From Candidatus Eiseniibacteriota bacterium (lineage in GTDB: Bacteria; Eisenbacteria; RBG-16-71-46; DASYSL01): a stretch of DNA of 13,412 nucleotides. Of the stretch, positions 7,371-13,412 are shown in pieces. Below the pieces are notes generated by a model. The model saw only the letters and a list, made by a program, of their open reading frames with translations. It ran no database searches and was not told where the DNA came from. The stretch's first letter is position 1; each line of letters starts with the position of its first letter. Both the position numbers and the translations under genes were made by a program. The stretch spans positions 1 through 13,412 of the forward strand of contig JBKJJJ010000104.1 of assembly GCA_046598045.1 (NCBI GenBank), in the 5' to 3' direction.

Positions 7371-7550
7371 TTTGAAACTCCTTGCAAGGACCTCTCGGTC
7401 CTGTAAAACGCCGCCCTTGAAGCGGCGGCAACTCCCGGTCCCTTTGACCGGCGCCCCGTTCGCGGGTGCACACGACTCACGAAAAAAATCCGCCAGGAAC
7501 ATCTCTGGCGGATCCGAGCGCGTTTCGTGCGTCACCCATCGACCGAAGAC
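7371..7550 (-). promoter_or_regulatory. Structured ~180-nt 5' leader of csp
   Basis: Consecutive inverted repeats at 7387-7402, 7410-7429, 7435-7451, 7455-7466 and 7488-7513, plus an outer stem 7474-7484/7523-7533. Long structured leaders are established for cspA-type genes. Confidence 0.65.
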
Positions 7551-7556
7551 ATGGAA

Positions 7557-7586
7557 AATGTAGCAAGCTCCGGTGGGTGGGTTCAA
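7557..7586 (-). promoter_or_regulatory. Sigma70-like promoter for csp
   Basis: Minus strand TTGAAC (7581-7586)-N18-TACATT (7557-7562), with extended -10 TGn and a relatively AT-rich upstream tract. Confidence 0.6.
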
Positions 7587-7629
7587 ACCCAGAATTTGTG
7601 AATCCCGCACCGCATTGCTTGGCAAGCGG

Positions 7630-8517
7630 TTAGGTGACCTCGGGCGGAACGAATACGGGCAGGCCCGAGCTCTCGGGCGTGCCTTCGTAGGCCGTGGCGG
7701 CGCTGACCGTTGCCCACGCCTCGACCTCGCCGCGCATCCAGTCGAGCTTCGTGCGCGCGCGCCTCAGCGCATCGTGGCCGAGCAGCAGGCGAAGCGGCGG
7801 GCGCGGCGAGTCGACGACCTGGAGGACCGCGTCCGCGAAACGCGCCGGGTCGCCAGGCTGCGTGCCGTGGAGCGCCGCGAAGCGCCCGGGCGCCCCCGCG
7901 GCGCCGCCCGGATACGCCTCGAGCGCGCGCGCGGCAGCCTTTGCCCCGCTGCCCGCGAAGTCGGTGCGGAACATGCCGGGCTCGATCAGCGTGACGTGGA
8001 TCCCGAACGGCGCGAGCTCGAACGCGAGCGCTTCGCTCAATCCCTCGAGTGCGAACTTCGAGGCGTTGTACGCGCCGCCGAAGCCGCCCGCCGCGAGGCC
8101 CGCGATCGAGGAGACCTGGACCACATGCCCGCGCCGTCTCCCGCGCAGGAGCGGCAGCGCCGCGCGCAGCACGTTCCATACGCCGAACACGTTGGTGTCG
8201 AACTGCGCGCGCGCCTCCGCGTCGCTCACTTCCTCGACCGCGCCGAAGATCCCGTAGCCGGCATTGTTGACCACGACGTCGATGCCTTCGAGCGCGGCCT
8301 CCGCGCCTGTGACCGCGCGCGCCACCGCCGGTTCGTCCGCCACGTCGCACACGAACGCGAACGCGCGCCCGGGGGCGAGCGCCTCGAACGCCGCGCGGTC
8401 CTCGTCGCGGCGAACCGTGCCCGCGACCTTCTCCCCGCGCGCGAGCACGGCCTCGGCGAGCGCGCGGCCGAAGCCGGTGCGCACCGCGGTGATGAACCAG
8501 CTACGCGGGGCGCTCAC
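7630..8517 (-). CDS. Short-chain dehydrogenase/reductase (classical SDR), 295 aa
   Basis: GTG at 8517 overlaps the osmC stop (GTGA). '[11 protein letters not shown]', 'CDV', 'VVNNAGYG', 'VSSIAG', catalytic 'YNASK', '[10 protein letters not shown]', 'QPGDP'. Confidence 0.93.
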   Translation of the reverse strand: MSAPRSWFITAVRTGFGRALAEAVLARGEKVAGTVRRDEDRAAFEALAPGRAFAFVCDVADEPAVARAVTGAEAALEGIDVVVNNAGYGIFGAVEEVSDAEARAQFDTNVFGVWNVLRAALPLLRGRRRGHVVQVSSIAGLAAGGFGGAYNASKFALEGLSEALAFELAPFGIHVTLIEPGMFRTDFAGSGAKAAARALEAYPGGAAGAPGRFAALHGTQPGDPARFADAVLQVVDSPRPPLRLLLGHDALRRARTKLDWMRGEVEAWATVSAATAYEGTPESSGLPVFVPPEVT

Positions 8518-8948
8518 GTGAGCCTGGCCTCGAGTGTGATCGGCACGCTCGCCAGCGCGCGCGACACGGGGCACTCGGCCTTGGCCTTGAGCGCGAGCTC
8601 CTGGAACGCCTCGGGCGTGATGCCGGGAACGTGGCCGTCGAGCTCGAGCCGGATGCCGGTGATCGTGAACGCGTTGTCCACGCGCTCGATCTTGACGTGC
8701 GACTTCGAACGCAGTTCCTCGGGCGGATGGCCGGCGCCGGCGAGCATGAACGCCAGCGCCATCGCGTAGCAGCCCGCGTGCGCGGCGGCGATCAACTCCT
8801 CGGGGTTCGTGCCGGCCTTGCCGTCCTCGCTGCCAAAGCGGGTCTGGAAGGAGTACGGCTGGTCGCGGAAGGCTCCGCTCTGGGTGGTGAGACTGCCGAC
8901 GCCATCCGTGCCGGCGCCGCGCCAGACGGCGCTGCTGGTGCGTTCCAT
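8514..8948 (-). CDS. osmC: OsmC-family peroxiredoxin, 144 aa
   Basis: ATG 8948 with GGAGG SD. 'AVWRG..G.G.LTTQSG', 'YSFQTRF', 'GTNPEELIAAAHAGCYAMAL', 'AKAECPVSRAL'; both catalytic Cys are present. Confidence 0.95.
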   Translation of the reverse strand: MERTSSAVWRGAGTDGVGSLTTQSGAFRDQPYSFQTRFGSEDGKAGTNPEELIAAAHAGCYAMALAFMLAGAGHPPEELRSKSHVKIERVDNAFTITGIRLELDGHVPGITPEAFQELALKAKAECPVSRALASVPITLEARLT

Positions 8949-9045
8949 GTCGTTGACCTCCGGGTGTCCGAACGAGGGAGCCGCGCGCGCCTCGGCGCAC
9001 ACAGCCTCATCCTAGGATGCCGGGGGCACGGTTGTCGTGCTTGAT

Positions 9046-11313
9046 TTAGCGGGAGCTCTTTGCGCCGACCATGGTTTGATAGATCGGCAGCAGGCTCGAA
9101 TAGTCGTCCGTCCAGAGCCGGAGGCCGGGCTGCGGCCGCGGTGCGATCCAACGCCGGTCGCGCGCGATGCCGCCCAGGTCGTCCACCGCGCGCGCCACCA
9201 CCGCGACGCGCGCAGGGAAGCGGCCGGCCACGTACTGCTCGGGCGTGACATCGATGTCGTCATGCAGGCGGCAGACCAGGTGCGCGTCGAGCGCGATCGC
9301 GGCCAGCACCGGCTCGAGGTCCAGGTGCCGGTTCGAGAGGTTGAACGCCAGGATGCCGCCCGGCGCGAGCCGGTTCATGTAGAGCGCGATCGCCTCGCGC
9401 GTGAGCAGGTGGACGGGGATCGCGTCCGAGCTGTACGCGTCGAGCACGAGCACGTCGTAACGCGCGCTCGAATCGGCCGCGAGCGAGAGGCGGCCGTCGC
9501 CGAGCACGGTCCGCAGCGGGACCGGCGCGTCGGCGATGTACGTGAAGTAGCGGCGGTCGCGCGCGAGGCGATCGACCACCGGGTCGATCTCGTACGCGGC
9601 CCAGGAATCGCCGGCGTGGGCATAGGCGACGAGCGCGCCCGCGCCGAGCCCAACCAGGCCGACGCGCAGCGGCCGCTTGCGAGCGGCGCGATCCGCGAAG
9701 ATCTGCCCGAACGGTCCTTCCCGGTGGTAGTACGACAACGGCTGGTCATGCTTCGCCGGGTCGATCCACTGCAGGCCGTGGAACGTGCTGCCGTGCAGCA
9801 GCAGGTGCTTGCCGCCGACGGTCGCGATCACGCGGTGTACGCCGAAGAAGCTGCGCTCCTCGTGCAGCAGCTTTCCGCCGCCGATCGTGAACGTCGACGC
9901 CGCGAGCAGCATCGCCGCCACGCCGAGCCCGAAGCGCAGCGGCCGGCGCGAGAACGAGAACACGAGCAGAGCCGGCCAGACAAAAGTCAGGAACACCACG
10001 AGCGGAGAGGAGATGAGTCCGAAGCGCTTGACGAGCGCGATCGCGGTCAGGGTCAGCGCCCCGGCGAGCGCGGGGAGCAGGGCGTCGAGAAGCGAGAGCC
10101 GGCGGCGCACGTCCGCGTGGACGATCACCCCGGCGATGCCCGGGGCGTGCACGACGCTGGTGACGATCGCCGGCGCGACCAGGCAGGCCAGCACGAGCAC
10201 GATCGGGTACTCCGCCACGCTCGAGAAGATGAGTGGCGCGAGCAACGCGTTGAACCCGCCGCCGAGCACGCCCCCAAGCGCGACCCAGAGATAGAAACCG
10301 GTCAGCTCCGACGCCCCGGGGCGATCCTCGGCGAGCATCCCGTGGAACAGCAGACCCGTGAGCACGAGCAGCGCGAGGTCGAGGCCGAGGATGAACGCGA
10401 ACGGCTCGTTTGCGCGCGCGGCGAGCGTCGCGGTCACGAGCACCGTCACCAGCGCGAGCGCGCGCTGGATGAGGTTGCGGGGCGCCAGGCCCGGCTTTCC
10501 GAACGCGACCGTGAAGGTCACGAGGTAGAGCGCGAGCGGGATGACCCACAGGAGCGGCAGCGAACCGACGTCGGACGTGAGGTGCGTGGTCACGCCGAGC
10601 AGGAGGCTCGAGGGCACGAACGCCCACAGCACCCAGCGCAGGCACCTTTGCCACGGGATCGGCGCACGCGCGGCGTCCGATGCCGCGTCTGCGAGTGGCG
10701 CGTCGGGCAGGTCGGCCGCTTCCGACTCGGGGCGGAGCGCGAGCCACGCGCACGCGAGCGTGAGCCCCGCGAGCACGACGTAGCCGATCGTCCACGCGTA
10801 GCTCTGTTCCGCGACGGTGAGTCCCGGCTCGATGATTAGCGGGTAAGCGAGCAGGCCGAGCAGGCTTCCGAGGTTGCTCGCGGCATAGAGGAAGTAGGGA
10901 TCGCGCGCGCCCCCGTGGCCGGTGCGGGCGAACCAGCGCTGGAGCAGCGAGCCGCCGGTCGAGACCACGAAGAACGGCAGCCCCACTGCCGAGACGAGCA
11001 ATCCGAGCAGCCAGGGGATCGGGTTCCCGCCGCCGGGCGGGAGCCCGTGGTGCGCGACCGCGATCGGCAGTGCGAGCGCGGGCAGCAGCAGCACCACGGA
11101 GTGGAACATCGCCTGCCGGCGCGGGGTGATCCGCGACAGCGCGTGGGCGTAGGCGTACCCGAGCAGCAACACCGCCTGGTAGAACACGAGCGCGGTGTTC
11201 CACACGGCCGGCGATCCGCCGAGCAGCGGCAGCGCCATGCGCGCGAACATCGGCTCGACCACGAACAGGAGCGCGGCCGAAAGAAAGATCGTGGCGACGA
11301 AAAGGATCAGCAC
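9046..11313 (-). CDS. Fused multi-pass membrane (MFS-like) / spermidine-synthase-like SAM-dependent protein, ~755 aa
   Basis: GTG 11313 with GGGAGG SD (the ORF track extends to 11460). 'FLSAALLFVVEPM..LPLLGGSPAVWNT', 'DPYFLYAASNLGS', 'PLLWVIPLALYL', then 'RSFFGVHRV', 'HGSTFHGLQ', 'GLGAGAL', 'YEIDP', 'GDGR', 'LDAYSSDAIPVHLLTREA', 'WTDDYS'. Confidence 0.9.
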   Translation of the reverse strand: MLILFVATIFLSAALLFVVEPMFARMALPLLGGSPAVWNTALVFYQAVLLLGYAYAHALSRITPRRQAMFHSVVLLLPALALPIAVAHHGLPPGGGNPIPWLLGLLVSAVGLPFFVVSTGGSLLQRWFARTGHGGARDPYFLYAASNLGSLLGLLAYPLIIEPGLTVAEQSYAWTIGYVVLAGLTLACAWLALRPESEAADLPDAPLADAASDAARAPIPWQRCLRWVLWAFVPSSLLLGVTTHLTSDVGSLPLLWVIPLALYLVTFTVAFGKPGLAPRNLIQRALALVTVLVTATLAARANEPFAFILGLDLALLVLTGLLFHGMLAEDRPGASELTGFYLWVALGGVLGGGFNALLAPLIFSSVAEYPIVLVLACLVAPAIVTSVVHAPGIAGVIVHADVRRRLSLLDALLPALAGALTLTAIALVKRFGLISSPLVVFLTFVWPALLVFSFSRRPLRFGLGVAAMLLAASTFTIGGGKLLHEERSFFGVHRVIATVGGKHLLLHGSTFHGLQWIDPAKHDQPLSYYHREGPFGQIFADRAARKRPLRVGLVGLGAGALVAYAHAGDSWAAYEIDPVVDRLARDRRYFTYIADAPVPLRTVLGDGRLSLAADSSARYDVLVLDAYSSDAIPVHLLTREAIALYMNRLAPGGILAFNLSNRHLDLEPVLAAIALDAHLVCRLHDDIDVTPEQYVAGRFPARVAVVARAVDDLGGIARDRRWIAPRPQPGLRLWTDDYSSLLPIYQTMVGAKSSR

Positions 11314-11406
11314 GTACGCCCTCCCTGGCGCCTTGGCGCCGACCCCGCCGTTATCGGCCGAAATCGCGCCCTGCGTGAGCCCGAACATCTCCGGCCCGCC
11401 CGGGGC

Positions 11407-11435
11407 TTGTCCGCCGCGGCCCGCGCCTCTAGATT
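11407..11435 (+). promoter_or_regulatory. Sigma70-like promoter for the membrane protein-ndh operon
   Basis: TTGTCC (11407-11412)-N17-TAGATT (11430-11435), about 40 nt upstream of GTG 11477. Confidence 0.6.
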
Positions 11436-11476
11436 CGTTTCCAGGGCGTTTCGGCCCCACGTCCCGGAGGACCCGA

Positions 11477-11817
11477 GTGACTCACCATCCCTGGTTGCGT
11501 CTGCTGGCCCTGGTTGCCGCCGCCGGGGTCGGAATCGGAATCGCCACGTTGGACCGGGGGCAGGACGAGATCCAGCCCGCCGTGCTCATGCTGTTCGTCG
11601 CTGCTTTCGCGTTCGCCTGCGGGCGGCCGCGCGACGCCTGGGCCTATGCGCTCCTCCTCGGCGCCGGCGTGCCGGGGCTCGAGCTCGTGAGCCGCCTCCA
11701 GGGGGTCCCGCCGATCCCGAATTCCGTGCCGGGTTCGACCGTGCTCGCGTTCTTGCCCGCGGCGTTCGGCGCCCTCGCAGGCGCGTTCGCGCGGCGCGCG
11801 CTCGGCCGGGAGACTGC

Positions 11818-11821
<4 letters not shown>
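11477..11821 (+). CDS. Small hypothetical integral membrane protein (114 aa, about 4 hydrophobic segments)
   Basis: GGAGG at 11466-11470, then GTG 11477. Hydrophobic stretches 'LLALVAAAGVGIGIA', 'AVLMLFVAAFAFAC', 'AWAYALLLGAGV', 'VLAFLPAAFGALAGAFA'. The stop overlaps the ndh start (GTGA). Confidence 0.8.

Positions 11822-13412
<1,591 letters not shown>

Noticed and set aside
7371..7625. Extended 151-aa Csp, or a known riboswitch/tRNA in this interval
   Set aside because: A strong SD and GTG at 7370 give a canonical 66-aa Csp. I could not match c-di-GMP, SAM, TPP or tRNA consensus features by eye; an Rfam scan would settle it.
7630..9000. Apparent 456-aa SDR with a long N-terminal extension, or an OsmC-SDR fusion
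   Set aside because: The extension is an off-frame reading of osmC. SDR homology begins at GTG 8517, and osmC has its own stop in a standard GTGA overlap.
9037..10839. 600-aa plus-strand ORF
   Set aside because: Antisense shadow of the membrane/SAM gene, with no recognisable motifs.
10915..11817. Apparent 300-aa N-terminal extension of Ndh
   Set aside because: It overlaps two better-supported genes and a promoter region. Ndh homology begins at GTG 11818.

Overview
A high-GC, gene-dense bacterial chromosomal segment with 11 credible CDS. I found no mobile element, CRISPR array, tRNA or rRNA. From left to right: (1) the 3' end of a TonB-dependent-type outer-membrane beta-barrel gene (+). (2) Three tandem minus-strand genes for signal-peptide-bearing proteins with unrelated catalytic-type domains (dimethylformamidase-large-subunit-like, HExxH metallopeptidase-like, glycoside-hydrolase-like) that all end in the same ~85-aa FlgD-Ig / T9SS-CTD-like domain. 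(3) A cold-shock protein gene with a sigma70-like promoter, a ~180-nt hairpin-rich leader and a terminator. (4) An osmC-SDR pair. (5) A membrane-fused spermidine-synthase-like SAM enzyme. (6) A divergent small membrane protein-ndh (NDH-2) pair. (7) The 3' end of a convergent ornithine carbamoyltransferase gene. The CTD-tagged proteins, the barrel style and the GC content suggest an FCB-adjacent lineage such as Ca. Eisenbacteria/Latescibacteria/Krumholzibacteria; this is inference only. The best candidates for new biology are the cluster of uncharacterised secreted enzymes sharing a sorting-type tail and the csp leader with an internal terminator-like hairpin. Neither is shown to be novel without database searches. 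All family assignments come from motif recognition by eye.
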